The notes beneath the pieces were generated by a model, which saw only the letters and a list, made by a program, of their open reading frames with translations, did not search any database and was not told where the DNA came from. From positions 2,020 to 66,019 of the forward strand of contig JBAQNP010000011.1 of assembly GCA_049303905.1 (NCBI GenBank): a stretch of DNA of 64,000 nucleotides, written 5' to 3'. Numbering within the stretch: position 1 is the first letter of the stretch; every line of letters begins with the position of its first letter. Below, piece after piece: positions 36,980-47,535 of this stretch. This stretch comes from Candidatus Moraniibacteriota bacterium (GTDB taxonomy: Bacteria; Patescibacteriota; Minisyncoccia; Moranbacterales; UBA2206). The translations under genes and the position numbers were made by a program.

Positions 36980-38392
36980 ATGAAACAAGAACAAGATTAC
37001 AAAATCAAAGACATTAGTTTGGCGGAATATGGGCGAAACGAAATTATCATCGCTGAAAAAGAAATGCCTGGGCTGATGGCACTGCGAAAAAAATTTGGCA
37101 AGAAAAAACCTCTCCGGGGCGCCAGAATTTTGGGCAGTCTGCACATGACCATTCAAACTGCAGTGCTTATCGAAACTTTGGTTGAATTGGGCGCCAAAGT
37201 ACGCTGGGTTTCTTGCAATATATATTCCACTCAAGACCACGCAGCGGCGGCCATCGCCAAAGCCGGCGTTCCGGTTTTTGCTTGGAAAGGTGAAACATTG
37301 GAAGAATATTGGTGGTGCACTGAGCAAGCTTTCAAATTTGGCAAAAATCTAGGTCCAAATCTAATCGTAGATGACGGAGGCGACGCTACTCTGATGCTTC
37401 ATCTTGGGACCGAGATTGAAAAAGATCCAAAGTTACTCAAACGAAATTATTCTGGCAAAACTGAAGATGAAAAAGAGCTAATGAAAATTCTTGCTAAAAT
37501 TTATAGCGAAGACAAAACTTTTTGGAGCAAAATGATTCGAGATGTCAAAGGAGTTTCCGAAGAAACTACCACGGGCGTGCACCGACTCTATCAAATGTTT
37601 GAAAAAAAGAGATTGCTTTTTCCAGCAATCAATGTCAATGACAGCGTAACTAAAAGTAAGTTTGATAATTTGTATGGTTGTCGAGAAAGCTTGGCGGATG
37701 GCATCAAGCGTGGAACAGACGTGATGGTGGCCGGAAAAGTGGTTGTTGTTTGCGGTTATGGCGACGTTGGCAAAGGTTGCGCGCAAAGCATGAAAGGTCT
37801 TGGAGCGCGTGTAATTATTACCGAAATTGATCCAATTTGCGCTTTGCAAGCTTCGATGGAAGGTTTTGAAATAAAGACTGTTGAAGAAACTTTGGGCGAA
37901 GGTAATATCTATGTGACCGCTACTGGCAATCAAGATATCATCACAATTTCTCATATGGAAAAAATGAAGGACGAAGCGATTGTCTGCAACATCGGACACT
38001 TTGACAATGAAATTCAAGTGGAAAAATTGGAAAAATATAATGGAATCAAAAAAATAAATATCAAACCGCAAGTGGATAAATATATCTTCCCTGACGGACA
38101 CGCTATCGTACTTCTTTCACAAGGCCGACTCGTCAATCTTGGCAACGCCACGGGACATCCAAGTTTTGTGATGAGCACATCTTTTACCAATCAAGTCTTG
38201 GCGCAAATGGAACTTTGGAAAAATAAACTAGCTGTTGGAGTTTATACTTTGCCAAAAAAATTGGATGAAGAAGTAGCACGGTTGCACCTAGAAAAACTTG
38301 GCGTGTCCTTGACCAAACTCACCAAAAAACAAGCCAACTATATCAACACTCCGATTGATGGGCCTTATAAGTCGGAAAATTATCGGTATTAG
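36980..38392 (+). CDS. ahcY: adenosylhomocysteinase (SAH hydrolase)
   Basis: [30 protein letters not shown] is the N-terminal signature; NAD-binding [10 protein letters not shown]. Confidence 0.9.
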   Translation: MKQEQDYKIKDISLAEYGRNEIIIAEKEMPGLMALRKKFGKKKPLRGARILGSLHMTIQTAVLIETLVELGAKVRWVSCNIYSTQDHAAAAIAKAGVPVFAWKGETLEEYWWCTEQAFKFGKNLGPNLIVDDGGDATLMLHLGTEIEKDPKLLKRNYSGKTEDEKELMKILAKIYSEDKTFWSKMIRDVKGVSEETTTGVHRLYQMFEKKRLLFPAINVNDSVTKSKFDNLYGCRESLADGIKRGTDVMVAGKVVVVCGYGDVGKGCAQSMKGLGARVIITEIDPICALQASMEGFEIKTVEETLGEGNIYVTATGNQDIITISHMEKMKDEAIVCNIGHFDNEIQVEKLEKYNGIKKINIKPQVDKYIFPDGHAIVLLSQGRLVNLGNATGHPSFVMSTSFTNQVLAQMELWKNKLAVGVYTLPKKLDEEVARLHLEKLGVSLTKLTKKQANYINTPIDGPYKSENYRY

Positions 38393-38443
38393 AAAAATTT
38401 TTTAGAAATTTTAAAGGGAAGAAATAAATTTATCCTTCCCTTT

Positions 38444-38620
38444 TTATTCTTTACAATCGCCATGCTTGGCTTTTTGTATTTTCTCAGGATACGATTCCTC
38501 AAAAAGCCTAATTGTGGGACAATTTATTCGGAGTAAACAATTTTGACAAAATGTTATTTTACGGCTCATACAGCCCATATATTTCCCACAGACCTTACAT
38601 TTAAATAATCTGGTATCCAT
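38444..38620 (-). CDS. small Cys-rich zinc-ribbon-like protein (58 aa)
   Basis: Hand-translated: MDTRLFKCKVCGKYMGCMSRKITFCQNCLLRINCP... with CxxC...CxxC. Conflicts with the track ORF 38566..38835, which I consider less likely. Confidence 0.3.
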   Translation of the reverse strand: MDTRLFKCKVCGKYMGCMSRKITFCQNCLLRINCPTIRLFEESYPEKIQKAKHGDCKE

Positions 38621-38758
38621 TTTTCCTCCCTAATTGTGAACTTAAAAAAATTAAAATCAATTTTCAATCTCGAAATAGTAGCCTCTTTCTCGTTTTTCGT
38701 CAAATTAAAAGGGAGGGCAACGGAGTTATTCGTCGCCTTCCCTTTTTTTGCGCTAATT

Positions 38759-39106
38759 TTAGTGCACAACATGGCTTTCACTGCCCACCTCCTTTCCTTC
38801 ACAGAAATTACATTGTTTAACTGCTCCGCTGGCAAGTTTGAGACAGCCTAACCGATAATGACATTCTCGGCAGAACACGTCTTGACCATCAAACCCAACA
38901 CAGTAATATAATTTGCAATCCATACATAAAAATTTTTCGTTAGCATGTTCCACTTTTTTTCTTGGGATTCTCGCAATTATTAAAAGTGCGAGTTCATGAT
39001 TAATTTGGCGCTCTTCAGCGGAGTCTTTTCTCCGCTTACTCTTGGGTCGCCTGTCTTTGCTCCGTCTCACTCTTTTTTTCTGCTTACGTTCCGGTACTTT
39101 TCTCAT
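38759..39106 (-). CDS. small basic Cys-rich protein (zinc-ribbon-like)
   Basis: Highly basic N-terminus followed by CMDC...CREC...CNFC. Confidence 0.4.
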   Translation of the reverse strand: MRKVPERKQKKRVRRSKDRRPKSKRRKDSAEERQINHELALLIIARIPRKKVEHANEKFLCMDCKLYYCVGFDGQDVFCRECHYRLGCLKLASGAVKQCNFCEGKEVGSESHVVH

Positions 39107-39458
39107 AATAGGAGCCTCCGATGGTTACATGCTTAAGTTAATAAATTCCACGATTATTAATATACAGCATTTTTTTCTATTCTTATTTTATCTTTTTTAT
39201 CCTCCTTTCTCATTAAAAAAAGATAATTTTCTTCCAAAAAATAATAGCCTCCGAAGGCCACCTTCGCTAGCCAAGTTATTATTGCATCTTTCATACTGCC
39301 TCCTTATGTAAAAATTTATTCAAATCTTACACAGACAGAAAGAAAAGCTTTTTAAAGGACAAAAAAAGCCACCGATTAAAGTGGCTTTGTATAAAAATTT
39401 TCTATTAATTGAGTTTTCATGTCTTCATGATAATCCAATCCTCATATCTCGTCAATGC

Positions 39459-39854
39459 CTATTTTTTGATTTTTTTAACTGCTTTTACAACACGAGAAGC
39501 ATCCTTAGCGATATCGCGCTTGGCAGAAATTGCCAATTTACTTATCGATTTCCAATGTTTTTTGAGATCATTAGCAATTGCTCCGATCTCCTCTCGAGTT
39601 GCCACTTTTTCTTTGGCATAGTCCTTGGACACTGCATCGATAATTTCAAGATAGATTGGCTCGGTGATTTCTTTGGCCTTTTCTAATTTTTCAATAACAT
39701 CCCCTTTCATTTTGATTGCCCAAGATTTGGCGTGCTCGCGATGTTTCTTCCCTTTTGGCCCGAAGAAAAAATAGGCGGTGGCTGCTACACCAGCCAAGCT
39801 TGCGCCGATGACTGCCAGCTTGATCACTTTCGAACTGTCTGTCTTCTTTTTCAT
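39459..39854 (-). CDS. membrane-anchored coiled-coil protein, hypothetical
   Basis: 131 aa, one TM helix, Lys-rich. Confidence 0.45.
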   Translation of the reverse strand: MKKKTDSSKVIKLAVIGASLAGVAATAYFFFGPKGKKHREHAKSWAIKMKGDVIEKLEKAKEITEPIYLEIIDAVSKDYAKEKVATREEIGAIANDLKKHWKSISKLAISAKRDIAKDASRVVKAVKKIKK

Positions 39855-39874
39855 AATTTTATTTTATTAATTTA

Positions 39875-40150
39875 TTAAACTTTTTTTTGATCTTTCTCTT
39901 CTGAACGTTTTCTTTTGCGAGCTGGCGGAAAAAACATTCGAAAGATAATGTTGTCTTCCAATCTTTCTTTGAGTTCCAGAATAAATTCTTTCGAATCCTC
40001 AAAATTATCTTGTAGCTTTTCTGAAATTAAATATAAATTTCTACCGGCTTTGATGAAATAAAACAAGCCGATAGAAAATAATACCGAAAGCACCACTGTC
40101 GCCACCGAAGAGATGAAAAAGAAAATGTCCGCTTTCATAACTGTTTCCAT
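39875..40150 (-). CDS. small membrane protein
   Basis: 91 aa, one TM helix. Confidence 0.4.
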   Translation of the reverse strand: METVMKADIFFFISSVATVVLSVLFSIGLFYFIKAGRNLYLISEKLQDNFEDSKEFILELKERLEDNIIFRMFFPPARKRKRSEEKDQKKV

Positions 40151-40171
40151 ATATAATATCTATATTTTAGA

Positions 40172-40318
40172 TTAAATAATATTTCGACCTTGCAGTAATC
40201 TTATTATAACTAAAATAACAGCAATTACAAGTAGGATATGAAGCAATCCCCCGAGAGTATATGAGGTGATGAGTCCCAAAAACCAAAGGATTACTAAGAT
40301 TATGATTATTGTCCACAT
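40172..40318 (-). CDS. Lmo0937-family small membrane protein (48 aa)
   Basis: Hand-translated: MWTIIIILVILWFLGLITSYTLGGLLHILLVIAVILVIIRLLQGRNII matches the lmo0937 family pattern. Confidence 0.55.
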   Translation of the reverse strand: MWTIIIILVILWFLGLITSYTLGGLLHILLVIAVILVIIRLLQGRNII

Positions 40319-40335
40319 ATTTTTTGAAAATTTAA

Positions 40336-40737
40336 TTACATACTAGATTTTTGTTTTTCGCCCGAGAATATTCGTACTAATTTGACGATTCCCCAAGCTA
40401 AAACAGCGTACACGATAATTGCCACGAGTGTTGATGGCTCCAAAACTGAAGTCGTTTCCACACCTTGAGCAAAGCCTCTGCGAAATATTCCTTCAAAAGG
40501 AGCAATGAAAATTCCTGTTATCCCGTAGATTAATCCTACAAATGCACTTGCCAAACTCGCTCCCATCAATTTGAGCACAAGACGAAAAACTAAGAGTATT
40601 TCCAAAAGTCCGGCAAAGAAATAAACTAAATATTCAATCGTCTGAAAACCAGTCGCTTCGCTTTCGATTGAAGTCACTGCAACTGGAGTTTTGCCATCTT
40701 CTTTCGCAGTTGTAGTTTCTTTTATAATTTCTGTCAT
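40336..40737 (-). CDS. membrane protein (YggT-like?)
   Basis: 133 aa, 3 TM helices. Confidence 0.45.
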   Translation of the reverse strand: MTEIIKETTTAKEDGKTPVAVTSIESEATGFQTIEYLVYFFAGLLEILLVFRLVLKLMGASLASAFVGLIYGITGIFIAPFEGIFRRGFAQGVETTSVLEPSTLVAIIVYAVLAWGIVKLVRIFSGEKQKSSM

Positions 40738-40931
40738 ATTTTTTTCACCGCCTTTCTATTTTTGCTAATTTCGACCTTTTTAATTATCGTCTCTTTGGGT
40801 AAATATTCAATTAATGCCCTCTCTATTAAATCAGTAAGACTCCTCTCCTCAACAATAGCTTGCGCTTTTGCTTGCTTGGCCAGAGAAGGATTGATGAAAA
40901 TTGTCAATCTTTGATTTTTTTTAGTTGTCAT
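40734..40931 (-). CDS. ribbon-helix-helix (CopG/Arc-like) DNA-binding protein
   Basis: RLTIFINPSLAKQAKAQAIVEERSLTDLIERALIEYL has the RHH beta-strand + two helices pattern; 4-nt overlap with the downstream gene. Confidence 0.5.
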   Translation of the reverse strand: MTTKKNQRLTIFINPSLAKQAKAQAIVEERSLTDLIERALIEYLPKETIIKKVEISKNRKAVKKI

Positions 40932-41191
40932 AATTGATATATTAGTGTTTATTGCACTACTTGATATAGTACAACAATAAAAGCATTATATTTCAAAAGG
41001 ATGATTTTGGTGCCAGCCCCTTGATTTTTTCTGTGGCTGTGCTACAGTTTCAAACTAATTGGAGGATAGTTTTTTTAACAATTAAATAGCCCTAAAAGAA
41101 AGGAGGTTGGGAGGGCAGTTTTATTTTTTCAGAAATGACCAAGGAATTATTAACGGGCGATAACGCCCAAAAAAATTTTACGGAGGACATC

Positions 41192-41710
41192 ATGAAAAAA
41201 TTAACGCTCATTCTGGCAATTTTTACGATTTTTTTCTCAACAAGTGCCGCCGGCGCCGATGATACAACCAACGCGCCCGTTACCACAATCTCAGTTTCCG
41301 CATATCCTGTGGGCTTCTGTGGCAGACTTCGGTTTGTCAGTGTCCTCTGGATCTCCCCAGGAGGAACTGCTGTTAAAAAAGTCCAGGACAGAATCGAACA
41401 GGGGTTAGGCAAAGACTATATTCAAGACCCGGAATATTATTTCTTGCCTGCCAATATGATCGATGAATCAATAATCGAAACGTCATCATCAAGAAGTTCT
41501 CACATCAAACCGGAATTCAATAACGGATACATTGTTGTTTACCAAACAATGCTCGTTCTGCCTGGAGATCATATCAAATTCATATTCAAAGCTCAGGGTA
41601 AATATTACCAACCGCTAATATGCGATAGCCTTGAACCATTCATTAACCTGGATGGATCTCTGCTGTGTAATGATATTCCCCATGGAGAATATGATTTTGA
41701 AATTCCGTAA
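41192..41710 (+). CDS. secreted hypothetical protein
   Basis: Signal peptide MKKLTLILAIFTIFFSTSAAGA. The track ORF starts 19 codons earlier. Confidence 0.5.
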   Translation: MKKLTLILAIFTIFFSTSAAGADDTTNAPVTTISVSAYPVGFCGRLRFVSVLWISPGGTAVKKVQDRIEQGLGKDYIQDPEYYFLPANMIDESIIETSSSRSSHIKPEFNNGYIVVYQTMLVLPGDHIKFIFKAQGKYYQPLICDSLEPFINLDGSLLCNDIPHGEYDFEIP

Positions 41711-41735
41711 AATAACGGCCGAACCGCCACAAGCA

Positions 41736-41782
41736 TAAGTCTCGACGTTCACACACGAACGCCGAGACTTATTTTTTCATAA
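41736..41782 (+). terminator. Rho-independent terminator (10-bp stem ATAAGTCTCG/CGAGACTTAT + T6)
   Basis: Perfect inverted repeat followed by TTTTTT. Confidence 0.65.
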
Positions 41783-41976
41783 AACCCACATTCTCTTCCC
41801 CTTCCCAAATTTTCAAAAATGCGCTAGAATAAAAACTCATACCGTTATAACTTAAACAATTTTAGTTGTATTTTACAAAAAATCCTATTGGACAAGTTAA
41901 AAATACTCGATTAAAACTAGCGAATTAAGTTATAACGGCATCAGTGCTTTTTTTATTTTTAATTTTTCAAAACATC

Positions 41977-43428
41977 ATGGCTAAAGACGACGTCGCAGTT
42001 AGATTCAACAAAGTTTCTTTTGAATATACTCACAATAAAACCATCCTCGAAGAGGCTTCTTTTTCTATCCGCCAAGGCACCAAAATTACTATTATGGGAC
42101 AAAATGGCGCCGGGAAATCGACTATTTTGAATTTGATCACAGGGTCACTGAAAGAAGAAGATGGTTCAATCTATGTCAATCCTAGTCTCAAAATTGCTTA
42201 TGCTAAGCAAGTTATTCCAAATGAACAAATGACGCTCACTGTCAAAGAATTTTTTGCCCTTTGTTTCACTGAGAAATTATATAATCTCGATCCAAAGATT
42301 GATAAGGTTTTGGACCTTGTAAATCTAAAAGCGCCACACGACAAGATAATTAAATCTTTTTCCGGCGGACAACAAGCCCGTCTGCTTTTAGCTTCTGCTT
42401 TGATTCAAGATCCTGATCTTTTGATTCTAGATGAACCAACCAATAATTTAGACAAAGCCGGCATTGAACATCTCACGCAATTTTTGATGAATTACAATAA
42501 AACTTGTATTGTTATTTCTCATGACGCTGACTTTTTGAATTCTTTTACTGATGGCGTGCTCTATCTTGATATCTTTACCCACAAAGTTGAACAATATCTC
42601 GGCGACTACTATGTTGTGGTGGCTGAAATTGCCGATCGAATCGAAAAAGAAAAAATGAAAAACGCGCAATATGAAAAAGAAATCATCGCCAACAAAGAAA
42701 AAGCTAACTTCTTTGCTAACAAAGGTGGCAAGATGCGACTAGTAGCTCGAAAGATGCGCGACAAAGCTGAGGAGATGGAGGAAGCCAAGGTTGATGTCAG
42801 ACGTGAAGACAAAGCTATTTGTGATTTTGAAATTCCAGTCCAAGATGGACTTATTGGAGAGATAATTAATATTTCTTCACTAACTGTCATGAAAAATCAT
42901 GAACCCGAAGAAAAGAAAGTTCAAATCTCTCTCAAGAAAAAAACTCATCTGCTTCTTGCCGGACCAAATGGTATTGGTAAAAGTACCCTGCTTGAATCTC
43001 TCGCTTCCGGTCACGCTAAGGGCGCAAAAATTACTGAAGGCATTCGGGTGGGATATTACCGCCAAGATTTTTCCACACTTAATTTTGAAGACACTGTTTA
43101 TAATTCGCTTTCAGAGGTTATGCGAGAAAACAACGAAGAAAAACTCCGCTCTGTCGCTGCCGGATTTTTGATCGACAAAACAATAATCAACGCCAAAATT
43201 GGCACGCTTTCTGAAGGACAAAAAGGTCTCGTAGCTTTCGCGCGCCTCATGCTCGAAGAACCAGGACTTCTAATCCTCGACGAACCAACCAACCACATCA
43301 ACTTTCGCCACTTGCCAATCATCGCCAAAGCCCTTGATTCTTTCGAAGGCGCCATGATTCTCGTTAGCCACGTCCCCGAATTCGTCTCGCAAATTAGGAT
43401 TGATGAAGTTTTAGATTTGGAGAAATAA
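41977..43428 (+). CDS. ABC-F family ATPase (two NBDs, no TMD; EttA/ARE-like translation factor)
   Basis: Walker A GQNGAGKST and GPNGIGKST; signatures LSGGQQAR and LSEGQKGL; inter-domain linker. Confidence 0.85.
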   Translation: MAKDDVAVRFNKVSFEYTHNKTILEEASFSIRQGTKITIMGQNGAGKSTILNLITGSLKEEDGSIYVNPSLKIAYAKQVIPNEQMTLTVKEFFALCFTEKLYNLDPKIDKVLDLVNLKAPHDKIIKSFSGGQQARLLLASALIQDPDLLILDEPTNNLDKAGIEHLTQFLMNYNKTCIVISHDADFLNSFTDGVLYLDIFTHKVEQYLGDYYVVVAEIADRIEKEKMKNAQYEKEIIANKEKANFFANKGGKMRLVARKMRDKAEEMEEAKVDVRREDKAICDFEIPVQDGLIGEIINISSLTVMKNHEPEEKKVQISLKKKTHLLLAGPNGIGKSTLLESLASGHAKGAKITEGIRVGYYRQDFSTLNFEDTVYNSLSEVMRENNEEKLRSVAAGFLIDKTIINAKIGTLSEGQKGLVAFARLMLEEPGLLILDEPTNHINFRHLPIIAKALDSFEGAMILVSHVPEFVSQIRIDEVLDLEK

Positions 43429-43499
43429 TATTAAATTTTGCAAATAAAAAAGTACAGAATCAATTCTGTACTTTTTTTCTAAAATATTTTTTAATTTTC

Positions 43500-44717
43500 C
43501 TATTCCACAAAAGTCAGCGCATTTCCTTTTTTGTCGGCACGGCCGGTGCGACCGATGCGATGCACATAGTCTTCATAGGTTGCTGGCAAATCAAAATTGA
43601 TAACATGACTCACATTTGGAATGTCGAGTCCGCGGGCAGCCACGTCCGTGGCGACCAAAATTTCCACCACATTTTCTTTGAACATTTTGAGTGCTCGCTG
43701 TCGTTTGCTATGTGGTTTGTCACCGTGAATAGATTCAGTTTTAAAACCTCGACCAAGTAAACTCTTGGTAAGTTTGTCGGCACCGTGCTTGGTGCGAGTA
43801 AAAATCAAAACTTTTTCAAATTTAGCTTGGATGAGTAAATCATGGAGTGTATCTGTTTTGTCCTTGCCTTTTTCCACTCTAACAATATTTTGATCAATTT
43901 GCGCGCTTGATTCTCCGCTTTTAACAGAAATTTTCACCGGATTATTCAAGAATTTTCTGGTCAAACTTTCGATCTCAGCGCCAAAGGTTGCCGAGAAAAG
44001 CATGATCTGTCTTTGTTTTGCCACCAGTGACAAGAGCCAATTCACATCATTGATAAATCCCATATCGAGCATGCGATCAGCTTCGTCGAGCACCACACTG
44101 CTAAACTGTGAAAGATCCAAAACTTTTCTAGTGATCAAATCTTTGAGTCTGCCAGGAGTGCCAACGACTAAATTATGCCGTCTATGCATTTCCTTGATTT
44201 GTCTTCGAATATCTGCGCCTCCAACTACCACCACGGAAAAAATATTTAGTCTTTTAGCCAGCGCCATAAATTCATCTTGAATTTGAATCGCTAATTCGCG
44301 AGTCGGCGTCACAATCAAAACTTTTTCGCGCGGATTCAAAAGAATTTTATTGATCATTGGAATGAGAAAAGCCCCCGTTTTTCCGGTTCCAGTATTAGCC
44401 AAACCAATCACATCTTTTCCTGCTAAAATTTCTGGAATAGCTTGATCTTGAATCGGTGTTGGCGTGGCAAAACCACGACTTTCGATGGCGCGTTTGAGCA
44501 AAGTATGAATTTCAAGATCGCAAAAGGCATAGCGAGGCTTGAAAGCTTCCGTTGGAACAATTTCCTTGGCCTTGCAAATGAAACGACTAACGTCGATTAC
44601 ATTGCCAGTGAATCTTCTTCGGCCACTTGGACGAGAACCGCCTCGCGATCCCCCTTTTCTACCACCATGAGAACTGCCTGCGCGAGAACTTCGCGCGTTT
44701 GTTTTGTATTGCATCAT
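43500..44717 (-). CDS. DEAD-box ATP-dependent RNA helicase with RG-rich C-terminal tail
   Basis: Motifs TGTGKT, DEAD, SAT, HRIGRTGRA. Confidence 0.9.
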   Translation of the reverse strand: MMQYKTNARSSRAGSSHGGRKGGSRGGSRPSGRRRFTGNVIDVSRFICKAKEIVPTEAFKPRYAFCDLEIHTLLKRAIESRGFATPTPIQDQAIPEILAGKDVIGLANTGTGKTGAFLIPMINKILLNPREKVLIVTPTRELAIQIQDEFMALAKRLNIFSVVVVGGADIRRQIKEMHRRHNLVVGTPGRLKDLITRKVLDLSQFSSVVLDEADRMLDMGFINDVNWLLSLVAKQRQIMLFSATFGAEIESLTRKFLNNPVKISVKSGESSAQIDQNIVRVEKGKDKTDTLHDLLIQAKFEKVLIFTRTKHGADKLTKSLLGRGFKTESIHGDKPHSKRQRALKMFKENVVEILVATDVAARGLDIPNVSHVINFDLPATYEDYVHRIGRTGRADKKGNALTFVE

Positions 44718-45045
44718 TATCTAATACAGAATTACGCTTTTGATTGCGGAAAAGATATTAACGCAGTCGCCAGAAAAATATTTTACATAAAAAATTTCTA
44801 ACTACTGGTGAATCGTTGCATTTTATAATCGCTTTTGCGACGAGCATATCTTGACGCAAGCAAATGCGTAAGTCCTAAACATAAAAAATTAATTATTTTA
44901 TGTTTAGATACGTACGAAGATGTATTAACATAAAAAGTAAGTATACCTTTTCTTTTTTGTTTTGTCAAGCTAGGCTAGGCCACCCCATTCTTCTTTCCTA
45001 ATTTTTTATGCTATAATATAAAAGTAATTAACTAAAATAAATAAA

Positions 45046-45429
45046 ATGAAAAAATACGCAATATTGTTTCTTTTGCCAATTGCTCTTTTTCTTTCTGGAT
45101 GCGGAAAAAGCGTCAGCTATCCGGAGCTTTACACGCAAGAAAAATTGCCACAGTATGCTGACGCCAAACTAGTCCAAATAATTAAAGACGGACCAACACT
45201 TAAGGATGGTGTTCTTTTGCGACTTGAAAGTTCTAAGGATGTAAAAACGATTGCTACTTATTATGATGAAGAAATGAAAAAACTGGGCTGGACTATGCCA
45301 GCTGTAAACACTCCGACTGAAACCCTTTATGCCACTCAATATAATAACGGAAAAAAATATATCCAGCTCACCGTGAGTCAAATAACCGGATCTAGTCAAA
45401 CTATTTCTATCAATTTCATGGAACAGTAG
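45046..45429 (+). CDS. lipoprotein, hypothetical
   Basis: Signal + lipobox LFLSGC. Confidence 0.55.
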   Translation: MKKYAILFLLPIALFLSGCGKSVSYPELYTQEKLPQYADAKLVQIIKDGPTLKDGVLLRLESSKDVKTIATYYDEEMKKLGWTMPAVNTPTETLYATQYNNGKKYIQLTVSQITGSSQTISINFMEQ

Positions 45430-45500
45430 TCGAAAAAAATTAGTCGGGTTCAAAAAAAGACTGGGGATTCCCCAGTCTTTTAATTATCATTCTTCCAAGT

Positions 45501-46442
45501 CTAGGTGCAAGGAACACTAATAGTTTTAGTTAGGGTATTATTATCTTCCTCCTCTTCATCAACATCATCATCGACATCAGCTATTATTTTCATAACATAA
45601 GCACCCGAACATCCGTCATATTTTTCAGTGCATGACACGGTTGTGCTTTCACCAGCCTCCAATTCATCAATTTCTCCATCACAAAGCTTGAGAGCTGAAG
45701 CCCCCCAATATTCCCATTCGAAATCTTTGGCATCCGTTTGTCCTTCATTTTTTATAGTGATAGTAATTTTAAAATCTTCTCCCATTTTTGGATCATGATT
45801 AAATTCATATTTACTGATTGTTAAATCAGCTTTCTTGTGTTTAGGCGTCACTTGTTTTGTGGACGTATTATTTCCCTCGTCACTTTCACTCACATCATTT
45901 TGCGAATCAACCACAACCTTGGTGGCATAATCTGACCAGTCGGAATATGTAAATTCACATTCAACTGTGCTAGTTCCTCCTGCAGAAATCGCGCCAACTT
46001 TTTTCTTGCAAGATTGTTTGGAAGCAGTTGACCACCATTCCCAATAGGACTCAGGCGAAGCAATTTGTCCTTTGTTGCCAATGACAACCGTTACAGTAAA
46101 TTCAGATCCAACTTTTGGATCTTTGCTAAAGGAATAACTTTTCACATAGAGATCGGCTTTTTTAGTTTCTACTGGAACTGTCGGCTCGGGTTCGGTTGTG
46201 ACCGCAGGAGTGGTTGGGATGACTGAAGAACTAGAGCTAGTAGGAACATCTGAAGTTGTTTCTGTTTTTTTTGCTTCCTCTTCAACTTGAGAATTTTTCG
46301 AAACATTATAAATATAGAGAGCAGCCAAACCTACCAGCGCCACAGATAGCATCACTATGATAGTGATTAGAAATTTTTTTGAATCTTCATCTTTTTGTGG
46401 CTCTGGTTGAGAATACATATTATACCGTGGATCTTGTTCCAT
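45501..46442 (-). CDS. membrane-anchored protein with two CARDB-like domains
   Basis: Two repeats ending in the ...E.DEGNN / EEEDNN signature, KADL...NKGQ/NEGQ; one N-terminal TM helix; Thr/Pro/Ser linker. Confidence 0.55.
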   Translation of the reverse strand: MEQDPRYNMYSQPEPQKDEDSKKFLITIIVMLSVALVGLAALYIYNVSKNSQVEEEAKKTETTSDVPTSSSSSVIPTTPAVTTEPEPTVPVETKKADLYVKSYSFSKDPKVGSEFTVTVVIGNKGQIASPESYWEWWSTASKQSCKKKVGAISAGGTSTVECEFTYSDWSDYATKVVVDSQNDVSESDEGNNTSTKQVTPKHKKADLTISKYEFNHDPKMGEDFKITITIKNEGQTDAKDFEWEYWGASALKLCDGEIDELEAGESTTVSCTEKYDGCSGAYVMKIIADVDDDVDEEEEDNNTLTKTISVPCT

Positions 46443-46585
46443 ATTTTTAGATTTAATATTTATTTTTAAATATATTATTTAACACTTCTATACATTTATA
46501 TATTACCTCTTTTTTTCCAAAAAATCAAAAACCGCCGGTGATAGCGGTTTTGTTGTTTTTTAGATTGGTTTAATTTTCCATAAAT

Positions 46586-47431
46586 TTAATTCAATTTTTT
46601 CACAGATTTTTTCTTAGGCAGATAATTCTCCCCAGTCACAATTGATTTTCCAATTTTTTCTTCCAGTGCCGTTCTGGCATCTTTGGCAATTTTCCCGCCT
46701 TTTATCGCTGGAATTTTATTCTCCTCTAAACCTTTGGCTTCGTCTGTTTCTGCAATTCTTCTGGTGGAAAGTTCCGCCAAGGCGGTAAAGATTAATTCCT
46801 CTTCGCTCATATGGTCTCGTAAATTTTGTGTTTTGAGACCTTTCAAGTTTTTATGCGCTTTTACAGATAAATCACTCCACTCTTTATGAATAATATTAGT
46901 CAGAATTGCAAACTCATCTCCCTTTTTCACACCACTCTCAGACCAATAATCCGTTAATTTATTTCTAGTTTCTTGCCCGGTCATTCTTTGTTGTATCCAT
47001 TTTTCACTTCGCCCTTGTTTTTGCCAGTATTCACGACTGCGATTAAGTGCCTTTTCCGGATCACTCATTTCCTGCATTCGTTCATAACCAACCCTAGCCA
47101 ACCAAAGTTTGATTGGCTCGGCTTTTTTGCTAGGCACGGATTGGATGAGTCGCAAAATTGTTTCTGTGTTTGCCACATCAGTTTCTCTCATTTTTCCATC
47201 CTCTGCTAATAATTTCAACCGGTTACAATTTGTAACCACTTCACTTCCTTCTTTTACTAGGCGGTTTTTTAAAACCTTCCAATAATTTCTTGCTAATTGA
47301 AAATCTATCTGTTCTGTTAAAGCGGCAACGATATCAATTACCGAAAAATACCAAGTTTCTATTTTTTCGTCGTAGTGACGACGAATCTTAAAATCTTCAA
47401 AAATGACGAGTGAGTTATATTTGTTTTTCAT
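46586..47431 (-). CDS. Bro-N domain protein (phage antirepressor-like)
   Basis: N-terminal FEDFKIRRHYDEKIETWYFSVIDIVAAL resembles the Bro-N domain. Confidence 0.5.
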   Translation of the reverse strand: MKNKYNSLVIFEDFKIRRHYDEKIETWYFSVIDIVAALTEQIDFQLARNYWKVLKNRLVKEGSEVVTNCNRLKLLAEDGKMRETDVANTETILRLIQSVPSKKAEPIKLWLARVGYERMQEMSDPEKALNRSREYWQKQGRSEKWIQQRMTGQETRNKLTDYWSESGVKKGDEFAILTNIIHKEWSDLSVKAHKNLKGLKTQNLRDHMSEEELIFTALAELSTRRIAETDEAKGLEENKIPAIKGGKIAKDARTALEEKIGKSIVTGENYLPKKKSVKKLN

Positions 47432-47451
47432 AACTTTATTTAGTTTATTAT

Positions 47452-47505
47452 AATGATATTATATCACTTAGGAATAATTTTGGCAACTTTTTGGTTGTGG
47501 ATAAC
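47452..47505 (-). promoter_or_regulatory. conserved promoter cassette with DnaA box (copy 3)
   Basis: Minus-strand read gTTATCCACAaccaaaaagTTGCCAaaattattcctaagTGaTATAAT. Confidence 0.55.
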
Positions 47506-47535
47506 TTTCTCCAATAATGCTAGGATAAAATTATT

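Noticed and set aside
38566-38835. 89-aa minus-strand ORF
   Set aside because: It overlaps both flanking Cys-rich small ORFs and has no features of its own. I prefer the two zinc-ribbon-like ORFs, though all three calls are low confidence.
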